Shown here piece after piece: positions 47,301-55,957 of a stretch of 64,000 nucleotides of DNA. The stretch covers positions 20,170 through 84,169 of the IMG/VR virus record IMGVR_UViG_3300021335_000009. One strand, written 5' to 3'. The DNA comes from a virus. A program made the position numbers and the translations under genes. Below the pieces are notes generated by a model. It was not told the origin of the DNA and did no database searches. It saw only the letters and a list, made by a program, of their open reading frames with translations. Each line of letters opens with the position of its first letter. Position 1 is the stretch's first letter.

Positions 47301-48121
47301 TAGAAAATTTAATTGAATTTAGAGACGCCCAACAAAATAATCAAACAAAATATGATGTTTTTTTAACAGCAAAACAATGCGGGATAAACATTGGAGTTTT
47401 GTCTGGATTAATTCAAGGAGGCGTAATGGACTCTTTTTGTGAAAAAATTAACGAAATACCTAATCGATGCAGGTTGGTTTTAGAAGCTCAATCTTTTAAT
47501 ATTTTAACAGAAAGAGAAAAGAGAAATGCAATTCAGCTTGGAGAAAAATTTAATTTTGACATTTTAAAAACAGTACAATCTTTTATTACTGAATCTTTAG
47601 TTGGCGACGATAACAAATTGATTATGAAAAAATCAAGATTCGAGACCTATAAGAAAAAATACTCTTCTTACAGATTGATTTACGAAAAAAACAGAAAACA
47701 TTTAAAATTTGCAAATTGGTTTTTTGAAACAAAGTATTTAGGATACAGCCACTCTACAGAAATCAAAAAAGTGTTTAAAAACTGTTCTAATTTGGTTAAT
47801 ACTTTGGACTTGAAATCTGTGCAAAAAAATGACAGAGTAAAATTAGTTGGAGTAGTTACCAAGTGCGTTACTCGAAAAAGCGGTAGCGGAAACAAGTATA
47901 TGATGGTGGAGGTTCAAGATGATTTTGGAAAAGCAAATTTTATGATAATAAATAATCGTAGAGATGCTAATTTAGATCGTTATGTAAATAATGGAGGAAA
48001 AACGCCAAAAGAAAATCAAATAGTATTTATTCATGGCTCAAAATCTGATAATATCATTTTTGGAGATAACCTATCCATCCTAGACGAAAAAATTTACACA
48101 AAACTTTCAGAAATTAAGTAA
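44333..48121 (+). CDS. dnaE: DNA polymerase III alpha subunit (PHP-less) with intein
   Basis: GPGRGSAAGSLV, PDVDND, HPSG, KFDILGL, FQEQLM, FNKSHA motifs and C-terminal OB fold. Confidence 0.95.
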   Translation: MLNLKPYADPMPAGVILPKIEVERKVYYDLDLDPKTSNFNLLRALCLRGVEQRQINKLKNKNEYYDRVKMELSVLQELGFVDYILLNWDVLNFCHRNEIPTGPGRGSAAGSLVLYLLKVTDIDPIKYDLFFERFVSKSRAKKITHKGIDYIDGSLCPDVDNDISYDRRSEVIEYIEKKHKGKTCKILTLNTLSSKLCIKECAKIVAGMSEEEVNEISSFIPKEFGKVANLQKAYDESDKFKKFANRNKKTFEIAKKLEGLNKNTGVHPSGIAISSCQVEQIMPMQKTNDGQLVSAYDMNDVASLMVKFDILGLRTLSVIHDTCKQLNKNIEDIDTEDENLYKNFKNIEASKGLFQIEADTNFKVCKKIEPKNLEQLSAVVAIARPGALDYLNTYSDYVKTGEFQSVNSFFDDILSYTGGIPLFQEQLMKMAVKVGFTLDESEQIRRCVTGDTRFMSKSRGWIKIDDLLKEGYKDDEFLLIDEWGNEIWKPISDIWSNGKKQVKYVEADNGMTVKASQHHQFFTDNGWKARNRLLNSDYLGITFNADNFGQKTISSDLAVVLAGMMTEGYFVHGKMATFTNFDKDVYDQFLKSSIKVFGSDNVRQRKCGKVIGLTLLAQNVLLKYMKRGKSANKTIPEIIFRQDKNTISKFISFVFACEGTITEQELSITSKSRGLINKVQLLFCQYGIRTYTNIKKNKEYGDYHVLHVSSSMKAKHLKLFRENFSEYLQEYKLKKIDKHLSKKENSCFSGSTGEDIPFNIVQKFMNQYPHVPNSLKCASGRLYKNGTNINTDVFKKFCKKSKDSKWQQFAKGSLNFSKVKNLNKEIREVEVFDFSVDESTPFIVANGMIIHNCVGKKKIKEMATWEEKIKNKIEENNLDKNVGEVLWKVAEDSAKYSFNKSHAVSYATVSAMTAYLKFKYPKEFFLSLLKMTKHEPDSHAEIALVNQELCLFNIKLLPPDLSKSNIDFDIEGNNIRYGLNSIKGVSEKTLENLIEFRDAQQNNQTKYDVFLTAKQCGINIGVLSGLIQGGVMDSFCEKINEIPNRCRLVLEAQSFNILTEREKRNAIQLGEKFNFDILKTVQSFITESLVGDDNKLIMKKSRFETYKKKYSSYRLIYEKNRKHLKFANWFFETKYLGYSHSTEIKKVFKNCSNLVNTLDLKSVQKNDRVKLVGVVTKCVTRKSGSGNKYMMVEVQDDFGKANFMIINNRRDANLDRYVNNGGKTPKENQIVFIHGSKSDNIIFGDNLSILDEKIYTKLSEIK
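45671..46888 (+). mobile_element. Class 1 intein with LAGLIDADG homing endonuclease (406 aa)
   Basis: EQIRR/CVTGDT...LAGMMTEG...FVFACEG...GMIIHN/CVGKKK. Confidence 0.92.
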
Positions 48122-49626
48122 TGGATTTTTCAAAATTTAACCTAACTCCGTCTGCAAAAAAAGCAATTGAAAATTCTCAATTGGTGGCTGAAAAGTTCGA
48201 TCATTTAAAGACTATAGATGCCCATCTTTTTTTATCGATACTTTATTTAGATCATATCAATATAGATCATGTTCTAGATATTAGTGAAATTTCAAAAGAA
48301 GCAATTGTTCAAAATTTTGAAGTTGTTTTGTCCGAATACAAAGAGCCTAAAAGGAAAAAACAAATATTTGCTCCCGAAATCAGGTCCATCTTAGAAGGAG
48401 CTTCTGTTATCGCTTCTAAATTTGCAAGCGGATATATTGGAATTGATCATATTCTTGTTTCTATTTTGGAAACTAGGCAAGATGTTATTGAATTTTTTAA
48501 TTTTTTTGAAATAAATATTGAAGATTTTAAATGCAAATTAAAAAATGCTATTGAAAACGGGATAGAAGGAGAAGAAGAGCCAGTTTATGCCGCAAGCCCC
48601 TCGCATTCAGAACAAAACTCTAATTCTTTTGATATTTCTTCATTTTGCGAAAACTTAAATGAAAAAGCTTTAGAAAAAAAAGATCTTGAAATTTTTGGAA
48701 GAGAAAAAGAAATCAATAGAATATTTCAAATTTTACTAAAAAAGAACAAAAGCAATGTCATTTTAGTAGGAGATGCTGGAGTAGGAAAATCAGCCATTGC
48801 AGAAGGACTTGCAGAAAAAATACAAAAAAGAAATTGCCCAGATCTTTTATTAAACAAGCAAATAATTTCTTTAGATCTTGCTTCGTTGGTTTCGGGAACT
48901 ATTTTTAGAGGACAACTAGAAGAAAAAATAAAAAATATTTTGAAAAAACTTTCAGAAGAACAAAAATATATTTTGTTTATAGATGAAATTCACACTATTA
49001 TAGGAGCAGGAGGACAAGAAGGGAGTTTAGATTTTGCAAATATTATAAAGCCAGCCTTGTCTAGAGGAAATATATCTTGCATAGGAGCTACAACGAGCGA
49101 TGAATACGAAAGATATTTTTCAAGGGACTCTGCTTTAAACAGAAGGTTTGAAAAGATAGAAATAAACGAGCCGACAAAAGAAGAGACTTTAAAAATAGTA
49201 ACTTTAGCCAAAAAAAATTACGAAAAATTTCACAAAGTAAAGTACAAAAAAAATGTACTACAAGAAATTGTAGATTTATGTGATATTTGCTTAGTAGATC
49301 AAAAGTTTCCAGATAAAGTTTTTGATGTTCTTGATGAATCTGGAGCTCAAACCAAAAAGTTAAATATAGTCAGGCCAGAAGAAGCCAAAGAAATGGAAAA
49401 AAAACTTGCCGATTCTGAATTTAAGTCATCAAACGATTACGAAGATTTTTATAAAAAATATAAAAATATAATGCAAAATTGGTCTAAATCTTTAGAAAAT
49501 AAATATTTTTCAGTTAGAATGGATACTGTACATTATATTTTTTCTCAAAAACTAGATATACCTAAAGAAGAAGTTAAAAACAGATCTTTAAAACAGCTAA
49601 ACTGTAAAAAAAGAATAGGTTTTTAA
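48121..49626 (+). CDS. ClpA/ClpC-like AAA+ ATPase with N domain and only the first ATPase module
   Basis: Clp N repeats, GDAGVGKS, LFIDEIH, IGATT, ALNRRF motifs. Ends in KKRIGF. Confidence 0.85.
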   Translation: MDFSKFNLTPSAKKAIENSQLVAEKFDHLKTIDAHLFLSILYLDHINIDHVLDISEISKEAIVQNFEVVLSEYKEPKRKKQIFAPEIRSILEGASVIASKFASGYIGIDHILVSILETRQDVIEFFNFFEINIEDFKCKLKNAIENGIEGEEEPVYAASPSHSEQNSNSFDISSFCENLNEKALEKKDLEIFGREKEINRIFQILLKKNKSNVILVGDAGVGKSAIAEGLAEKIQKRNCPDLLLNKQIISLDLASLVSGTIFRGQLEEKIKNILKKLSEEQKYILFIDEIHTIIGAGGQEGSLDFANIIKPALSRGNISCIGATTSDEYERYFSRDSALNRRFEKIEINEPTKEETLKIVTLAKKNYEKFHKVKYKKNVLQEIVDLCDICLVDQKFPDKVFDVLDESGAQTKKLNIVRPEEAKEMEKKLADSEFKSSNDYEDFYKKYKNIMQNWSKSLENKYFSVRMDTVHYIFSQKLDIPKEEVKNRSLKQLNCKKRIGF

Positions 49627-49640
49627 ACAATACAAAAAAA

Positions 49641-49859
49641 ATGAAAAAAAATAAAAAAGTAAATAATATCGTCAAAGCGATGAATGAAAGCAAAGGTCGC
49701 TTTTTCGGCCTAAAAACTCGGCAAGGTGAAAATCTTAACGCTAAGTTTATTCGAGAAACCCCTGAGTACGTTTTAGTGCGAGACAGAAACTCAAATAGAG
49801 TTAGAAAGTTCGCAAAAACAAGCTTAAAAAGTTTTTCAATGGGAAGCGTCCAAGTATAA
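49641..49859 (+). CDS. Small basic hypothetical protein
   Basis: 72-aa ORF before a terminator. Confidence 0.7.
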   Translation: MKKNKKVNNIVKAMNESKGRFFGLKTRQGENLNAKFIRETPEYVLVRDRNSNRVRKFAKTSLKSFSMGSVQV

Positions 49860-49864
49860 AATTC

Positions 49865-49890
49865 AAAGCGGTAGAAATACCGCTTTTTTT
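49865..49890 (+). terminator. Intrinsic terminator
   Basis: AAAGCGGTA-GAAA-TACCGCTTT followed by a T-run. Confidence 0.88.
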
Positions 49891-49905
49891 GTGTAATATA
49901 GCTTT

Positions 49906-51054
49906 ATGGAAAAACAAGCTGGCTTTAAAAATTACGTATTGGTTGACCCCAATCCAAAAAAAGAAAATAAAGAAGCTTCTGAATTTGAAAAAAGCCTAAT
50001 TGAAAAATATTTAAAAAACATAGTTCTGTTAGAGAATTTTCAAATTAAAGTAATTAATGAAAATTTTTTCTATACCAGTTATTCAATAACAAACAAAAAT
50101 AAAAAATACTTATTAAAAGTTAGCACAGATCCAGAAAACAAAAAACTCCAAACAGAAAAAGAAGCTTTAAAAACAATAAATCCTTTAGTCTGCCCTGAAT
50201 TGATCAATTATGAGCTAAATGACGAATACGGAATAGAATTTTTGCTTACTTCTTGGGAAAATGGAGACAATATGGAGAATATTGGGATAGACGGATTCAT
50301 TTATAATTTAGGTACTTTTTCGGCTGTTTTAGACACGGTTCACGAATCAAGCACTTTAAAAATCCCATCGTTTAAAGATAAATTTGAAGAAAATAATTCC
50401 ATCTGCGAAGCGAAAGACTTAATTGACCCTCAAGAACTTGTTTTGTTTGAAAAACTAACAGGGCTATCAATAGACGGGTTCAAAGAACTTCTTTATCTAA
50501 TTAAAGAAAAATTTTATACAAATTACAAAGAAGATGTTTCTGTTTTTTGCCATTCGAATTTAAAATTTTCTAATATCCTTTATCAATCTGAGTACATTAA
50601 ATTTATCAATTTTGAGCATAGTCATGTTTCAGATATTTATTATAGTCTTTTAAAATGTATTAATAATACAGGATTATACTACAGCGACAAAAAAGTAAGA
50701 AGTTTTTTATCTTTGTACCATAAACATTCAGAAATAGTTAAAAATTTAAACCTTCAAGACTTTTTGCAAACTTTTGAATCTAAAAAAGAAATAAATAGAG
50801 TTTTTGTCTTTCAAGACCTTCTTTGTAAGATTTTGTTTCATTTCTTCGCTTATGGAGCTTTTTCTAAGAAAAAATCTTTAAATCATTTTATGTATGTTTA
50901 TTTAAACATCAAACCTACAATTGAAAAGTTTTTTCCAGAATATATAGAATCTTTGGACAGGTTGTTTTTTACCCCTATGCAGACTGTAAAAACTTACAAT
51001 ATTGAAGAATTAAAATCCGCACAATCTGACTATATTAATACGTCAATAATGTAG
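49906..51054 (+). CDS. APH/choline kinase-fold protein with altered catalytic residues
   Basis: YLLKV, E helix, LLTSWENG, FCHSNLKFSNIL and KFINFE segments. Confidence 0.65.
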   Translation: MEKQAGFKNYVLVDPNPKKENKEASEFEKSLIEKYLKNIVLLENFQIKVINENFFYTSYSITNKNKKYLLKVSTDPENKKLQTEKEALKTINPLVCPELINYELNDEYGIEFLLTSWENGDNMENIGIDGFIYNLGTFSAVLDTVHESSTLKIPSFKDKFEENNSICEAKDLIDPQELVLFEKLTGLSIDGFKELLYLIKEKFYTNYKEDVSVFCHSNLKFSNILYQSEYIKFINFEHSHVSDIYYSLLKCINNTGLYYSDKKVRSFLSLYHKHSEIVKNLNLQDFLQTFESKKEINRVFVFQDLLCKILFHFFAYGAFSKKKSLNHFMYVYLNIKPTIEKFFPEYIESLDRLFFTPMQTVKTYNIEELKSAQSDYINTSIM

Positions 51055-51084
51055 AATAATTTCATTATTGCTTTATAATCAAGC

Positions 51085-51546
51085 ATGAAGCAATATGATA
51101 TTTACAAGCCAAATTCTAGTAATACTGGGTGCGCCTTTTCTTTTAAAATAGTAGAAAAAGATAAAGACCAAAACCCAATGAAGCCTTCTTTCTTGATTCA
51201 GTCAATTAAGCAGGCCAGTTGGGATAGTAAAAAAAGAACAGGATCTTTTAAAGCAAACGCCTCAGACAAAGAGAAAAACATACACGTTAAGCTTGGCGTG
51301 AATGAAGTTGGAGGAATGCTTCACGCTATTGAAAGCTATACAGAATTTTCTGCTTTTCATAGTTACAATGATGATAAGACTCAAATTCTTTTTAAGCCTT
51401 ATTTAAAAAAAGATAAGACAAGAGCGTTTTCTTTTACTATTGTAAAAAACTCTTCTTTAAGATTTGGGATGGGTGTTGAGCTTTCAGAAGCTAGGGTCAT
51501 GAAGGGATTCTTTGAACTTTTCTTAAATAAATTCTTCAACTACTAA
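51085..51546 (+). CDS. Hypothetical protein, possible ssDNA-binding (PC4/Whirly-like) fold
   Basis: Two beta-sheet plus helix units (VKLGVNEVG / VELSEA). TATAAT lies 5 nt upstream. Confidence 0.45.
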   Translation: MKQYDIYKPNSSNTGCAFSFKIVEKDKDQNPMKPSFLIQSIKQASWDSKKRTGSFKANASDKEKNIHVKLGVNEVGGMLHAIESYTEFSAFHSYNDDKTQILFKPYLKKDKTRAFSFTIVKNSSLRFGMGVELSEARVMKGFFELFLNKFFNY

Positions 51547-51558
51547 TAAGGCCGTCAT

Positions 51559-53256
51559 TTGAAAAAAAAGAAAAAAATCTTAATTCATTCTGACAGCGCT
51601 AAAGCTTATACAGGCTTTGGCAAAAACATGAAAAATATATTAAAGTATTTATACTCAACAGGTAAATACGATTTAATAGAATTTTGTAACCATGCAAAAT
51701 GGGGAGATCCTTCTCTCTCTTTGCGCCCTTGGACATGCCAAGGATCTTTTCCCAACAATCCTTCAACACTTAGTTTGTTAAACAATAATCCTAGTAGAGC
51801 TCGATCTGCTGGTTATGGAGCTGAAACTATAGATCTCGCCATAAAAGAATACAAACCTGATGTTTATTTAGGTATTCAAGATATTTGGGCCTTCGGAGGG
51901 TTTTGGGACAAGCCTTGGTGGGACAAAATAAACAACATGATTTGGACAACCTTGGATAGCCAACCAATTTTACCACAAGCGGTAGAAGCAGCGCCAAAAA
52001 CAAAAAACTTTTATGTTTGGTCTTCGTTTGCAGAAAGAGACTTAAATGAATTGGGACACGAGCATGTAAAAACTCTGCATGGGAGCGTAGACCCTAAAGA
52101 CTTTTATTGTTTGCCTAAAAAAGAAAAACAAAAACTAAGAAAAAAATTTAACCTTTCTGATGATTTTATAATTGGTTTTGTCTTTAGAAACCAACTTAGA
52201 AAAAGCGTTCCAAATTTAATTGAAGCTTTTAAAGTATTTAAAAAAGAATGTCCCAAAGCAAAGCTTCTTTTGCACACTCATTGGTCGGAAGGGTGGGACA
52301 TCCCACGCTTGATTGAAGAAAAGGGTATAAACAACGAAGATATTTTAACTACTTATTTTTGTTCTGTTTGTGAAGAGTACGAAATACGTCCGTTTACAGA
52401 TCAAAAGCAAGACTGTCCCTTCTGCGGCTCAAAAAAGTCCTTTAATACTACAAATATTAAGCACGGAGTAAATGAAGAACAGCTTAATGAAATTTATAAT
52501 ATTATGGACGTTTATTGTCATCCGTTTACTAGCGGAGGCATGGAAATTCCAATTTTTGAAGCAAAGCTTGCGGAGCTTGTTACTCTTGTTACGGATTATT
52601 CTTGCGGAGAAGACTCTTCAACAGAAGAGTCTGGAAGTTTTCCTTTGCAATGGGCAGAATATAGAGAACCAGGAACTCAATTTATCAAGGCTTCTACTTT
52701 TCCCAGTAGCATAGTCAAACAGCTTAAAAAAGTTTATTCAATGACGGATAAAGCCCGAAAAGAAAAGGGCATTAAAGGAAGAGAATGGACTTTAAAAAAC
52801 TACTCTATAAATGCTGTAGGTAAAAAACTTGAAGAGATTTTGGACAAAATGCCTGAAATCAATTATGATTTTGATTGGGAGGCTAAAAATGATGAACAAT
52901 TAAATCTTGAAGACTTATTAGACGAAGGCAAAAAAATAGCCGTAATAATGCCTGAATCGGCGGGAGATATTTTGTGGTTAAACTCCTTAATGACTAATTT
53001 AAAAAAAAGCTATCCATCTTATGATATTTATGTATTTACAAATCCTAAATTTTTTGATTACATAGAGGATCATCCAGAGGTTCATAAAGTTTTGCCATAC
53101 TCAAAAGAAATTGACAATCTTCATTTTTTAGAAGGGAAAGGAATGCATGAAGGTTTATTTGATTTAGCTTTTTTGCCTCATTACGGAACCCAGCGTTTTC
53201 ATAATTATCACCACAACGGAATAGATAAAACACAATTCGAGCTATATGAAATTTAA
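51559..53256 (+). CDS. GT4 glycosyltransferase with a Zn-ribbon insertion and GT9-like C-terminal segment
   Basis: TGFG, RNQLRK, CSVC/CPFC, GGMEIPIFEA and SAGDILW motifs. TTG start. Confidence 0.75.
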   Translation: MKKKKKILIHSDSAKAYTGFGKNMKNILKYLYSTGKYDLIEFCNHAKWGDPSLSLRPWTCQGSFPNNPSTLSLLNNNPSRARSAGYGAETIDLAIKEYKPDVYLGIQDIWAFGGFWDKPWWDKINNMIWTTLDSQPILPQAVEAAPKTKNFYVWSSFAERDLNELGHEHVKTLHGSVDPKDFYCLPKKEKQKLRKKFNLSDDFIIGFVFRNQLRKSVPNLIEAFKVFKKECPKAKLLLHTHWSEGWDIPRLIEEKGINNEDILTTYFCSVCEEYEIRPFTDQKQDCPFCGSKKSFNTTNIKHGVNEEQLNEIYNIMDVYCHPFTSGGMEIPIFEAKLAELVTLVTDYSCGEDSSTEESGSFPLQWAEYREPGTQFIKASTFPSSIVKQLKKVYSMTDKARKEKGIKGREWTLKNYSINAVGKKLEEILDKMPEINYDFDWEAKNDEQLNLEDLLDEGKKIAVIMPESAGDILWLNSLMTNLKKSYPSYDIYVFTNPKFFDYIEDHPEVHKVLPYSKEIDNLHFLEGKGMHEGLFDLAFLPHYGTQRFHNYHHNGIDKTQFELYEI

Positions 53257-53653
53257 CACACCTATATCAGCAGGAGAGCTTGTCGATAAAATAACAATCC
53301 TTAAAATAAAATCAGAAATGATTAAGGATGAAGACAAGCTAAAAGAAATAAAAAAAGAAAAAAAAGAGCTAGGCGAAAAATTACTTCAAATGACAAGCTC
53401 TGAATATTTTGAAAAAAAATGTTATTATTTGTATTCTTTGCAAAATGATCTTTACAAAACTAATTTAAAGTTGTGGAAGATTGAAGACGACATTAGAGAG
53501 TGCGAAAGAAAAAAAGATTTTGGCGAAAAGTTTATTCAATTAGCGAGAGACGTTTATTATACAAACGACAATCGCTTTGACATTAAAAACAAAATCAACG
53601 AATTAACAAATTCAGACATAAAAGAAGTAAAGTCCTATGAGTCATATAGCTGA
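53246..53653 (+). CDS. DUF6165-like protein
   Basis: PISAGELVDKITILKIK...LWKIEDDIR...ARDVYYTND. Confidence 0.7.
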   Translation: MKFNTPISAGELVDKITILKIKSEMIKDEDKLKEIKKEKKELGEKLLQMTSSEYFEKKCYYLYSLQNDLYKTNLKLWKIEDDIRECERKKDFGEKFIQLARDVYYTNDNRFDIKNKINELTNSDIKEVKSYESYS

Positions 53654-54755
53654 AGTCTATGCAAAAGATTTAGGTGTTAAAATTGGAAAGCCTATAATTT
53701 GTGATCATTTTTATCCAGGGTTGCCTGAAAAATATGTAACATTTCACGCTTCCAATAAAATGCCATCTAAAAATTACAAATATTGGGACTTAGTAATTTC
53801 ATTAATAAAACCTCATATTAAAGATATTAAGATTGTTCAAGTAGGAGGGCCAAAAGATGAAAAAATTGATGGCGTAGATTTTTTTATGCCTTCTTCTTAT
53901 CGACAGATGAATTATATAATAAAAAATTCAAAAGGTCATTTTGGCGTAGATAGCCTTCCTATGCATGTTGCCAGTGTTTACGATAAGCCTATTGTTTGTT
54001 TATTTAGCAATATATATAAAGAAAATGCAAAACCACTATGGAACAAGACAAATAAAGCCGTATGCCTAGAGCCAGATTTTAAACAACAAAAGCCATCTTT
54101 TAGCACTAATTGCGATAGAATAAACGAAATAAAGCCAGAAAAAATCTCGCAAGAAATTTTAAATTTTTTAGAAATTTTTGTAGATATAAAATTCAAAACC
54201 ATTAAAATAGGAAACGCCTATCACAGTAAAACTGTAGAGATTATCCCTAATTTTTCTGCCATTTCTCCAGAGCTAAAAAATAAAGCAATTAACATTCGTG
54301 GAGATATTCACTGGGATTCGGAAAATATTGTTCGGTGGTGTCAATTTAGTTTTGTAAATTTGTATGTAGATTCAGTTTTTGACACTAATCTTTTACAATG
54401 GATGCCCAATTTAAAACAAGTAATTTTTAAGTACAAGGAAGATGAAGAAAAAGACCTTACTTATTTTTTTAAAATTTTAAAAAGCAAAAAAATAAATATC
54501 CTAATCGAACTCCAAGGGAAAGCAAACGCTTCTGATGTCAGATTAAGATATTTTGATTACAATGTTATAGAGGCTGAAAAACCTCATGAAAAAATTTCAG
54601 CTCAAAAATTTATTTCGAAAAAAAGGTTCGTATCAGAAGCTAAAGTATTTCATTCAGAATCTTCTGCAAAAAGACTTGACACATCTAATAATTTTATTTA
54701 TGATGAGGTTTCATCAAAAGAATTAGAAAGCTTATATTTATATGACGAAAAATAA
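53637..54755 (+). CDS. GT9-like (heptosyltransferase-fold) glycosyltransferase
   Basis: KNYKYW, IVQVGG, HFGVDSLPMHVAS motifs. Confidence 0.75.
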   Translation: MSHIAEVYAKDLGVKIGKPIICDHFYPGLPEKYVTFHASNKMPSKNYKYWDLVISLIKPHIKDIKIVQVGGPKDEKIDGVDFFMPSSYRQMNYIIKNSKGHFGVDSLPMHVASVYDKPIVCLFSNIYKENAKPLWNKTNKAVCLEPDFKQQKPSFSTNCDRINEIKPEKISQEILNFLEIFVDIKFKTIKIGNAYHSKTVEIIPNFSAISPELKNKAINIRGDIHWDSENIVRWCQFSFVNLYVDSVFDTNLLQWMPNLKQVIFKYKEDEEKDLTYFFKILKSKKINILIELQGKANASDVRLRYFDYNVIEAEKPHEKISAQKFISKKRFVSEAKVFHSESSAKRLDTSNNFIYDEVSSKELESLYLYDEK

Positions 54756-55506
54756 AAAACCCTATGGCCCTGACATTTGGAAACGCGATGAAAACGGCCT
54801 TATTCAATCCGTTGACCATGAATTTAATGAAGACGGCTCCGTAAACTGGAGAGCAATGGTAGATCCAAAACATTTGTACCCAAACAGGGATTGGTTCGAA
54901 ACGCGAAAAAAACAAGTCCCTGAGTCTATTGAAGGCTTGGAAGACCACCAATTACTAATTAAACTTTCGGGAATTAAAGAGGTTGCTAAATTAAGAGGAA
55001 TTGATTCTGTTGATTATGTGGTTTTAGAGTCTTCTGAAGATAGAGTCGTTGCAAAATGCAATATTAAATTTTCCAAAAATTACGAAAACACAGAAGGTGC
55101 TTTTTTTGGATCTATTGCCAATGCAACATTAAATAACACAAATGGATTTGCTGCAAAGTTTTTAGAATGCATTGCTGAAAATAGAGCTTTTGTAAGAGCT
55201 GTTCGAAATTTTTTAGGAATTCATATTGTTGGTGATGATGAAATTGACACTTCTAAAGATAAAGCTCCTATACAGTCTTCAAAAATCTCTACAAATAAAG
55301 ACATTTCTCCACAAGGGATTTTAAAAGAAAGAATGAAAGGAAAAAGCTTCAAAGATTTAATCGAAAAGATTAGAAAGTTTTATTCGCAAAAAAGATATTC
55401 ACATGATCCAGAAAGCATTAAAAGCTGGAAAAGTTGGGAAGATGTCCCTGCAAAAGAATGCAGGAAGCTTATGAAGCTAATAAAAGAAGATGAAGCTAAT
55501 AGCTGA
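54742..55506 (+). CDS. Hypothetical protein, possible single-strand annealing protein
   Basis: IAENRAFVRAVRNFLGI...DEI resembles SSAP cores. Confidence 0.45.
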   Translation: MTKNKKPYGPDIWKRDENGLIQSVDHEFNEDGSVNWRAMVDPKHLYPNRDWFETRKKQVPESIEGLEDHQLLIKLSGIKEVAKLRGIDSVDYVVLESSEDRVVAKCNIKFSKNYENTEGAFFGSIANATLNNTNGFAAKFLECIAENRAFVRAVRNFLGIHIVGDDEIDTSKDKAPIQSSKISTNKDISPQGILKERMKGKSFKDLIEKIRKFYSQKRYSHDPESIKSWKSWEDVPAKECRKLMKLIKEDEANS

Positions 55507-55957
55507 AACTGATTTAGGATGCATTAAAAAAGCGTCTGAACCAAAAGATTTTATAGATCTTGCAGATAAGATAGGCTCTCATTTTGGGAGCCTATCTCAT
55601 TTTCAATACTCTTTCTCTATAGAAACAATTAAAACTTATTTTTCTAATCCTAGCAGGTTTAAAGATTGTTTTATTTATTTTTATTTTGACAAACTTAATG
55701 ATCCAAAAAGCTTTATTTGGTGGATGAAAAATTATGACCCAAGAATAAATAAAAAAATTTTATTAGAATATATGTGGGCGTCTTCTAATCCCAAATTCTC
55801 AATAAAAATATTTAATGAAAGTTTTAAGCATGTAAACACTCTTTATAAATACGATGCAATATCTGTAGGCAATATAACAAATTGCCCTAAATTAAATAAA
55901 TTTTATAAAAATAAAGGATTCAAAGAAGATTCAAAACCTCTTTATAAAAAATTATAA
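55490..55957 (+). CDS. Hypothetical protein, GNAT-like C-terminus
   Basis: LNKFYKNKGFK motif. Confidence 0.5.
   Translation: MKLIAETDLGCIKKASEPKDFIDLADKIGSHFGSLSHFQYSFSIETIKTYFSNPSRFKDCFIYFYFDKLNDPKSFIWWMKNYDPRINKKILLEYMWASSNPKFSIKIFNESFKHVNTLYKYDAISVGNITNCPKLNKFYKNKGFKEDSKPLYKKL

Noticed and set aside
55952-55957. Convergent genes overlapping at TTATAA
   Set aside because: A common compact arrangement of two TAA stops with no further signal.
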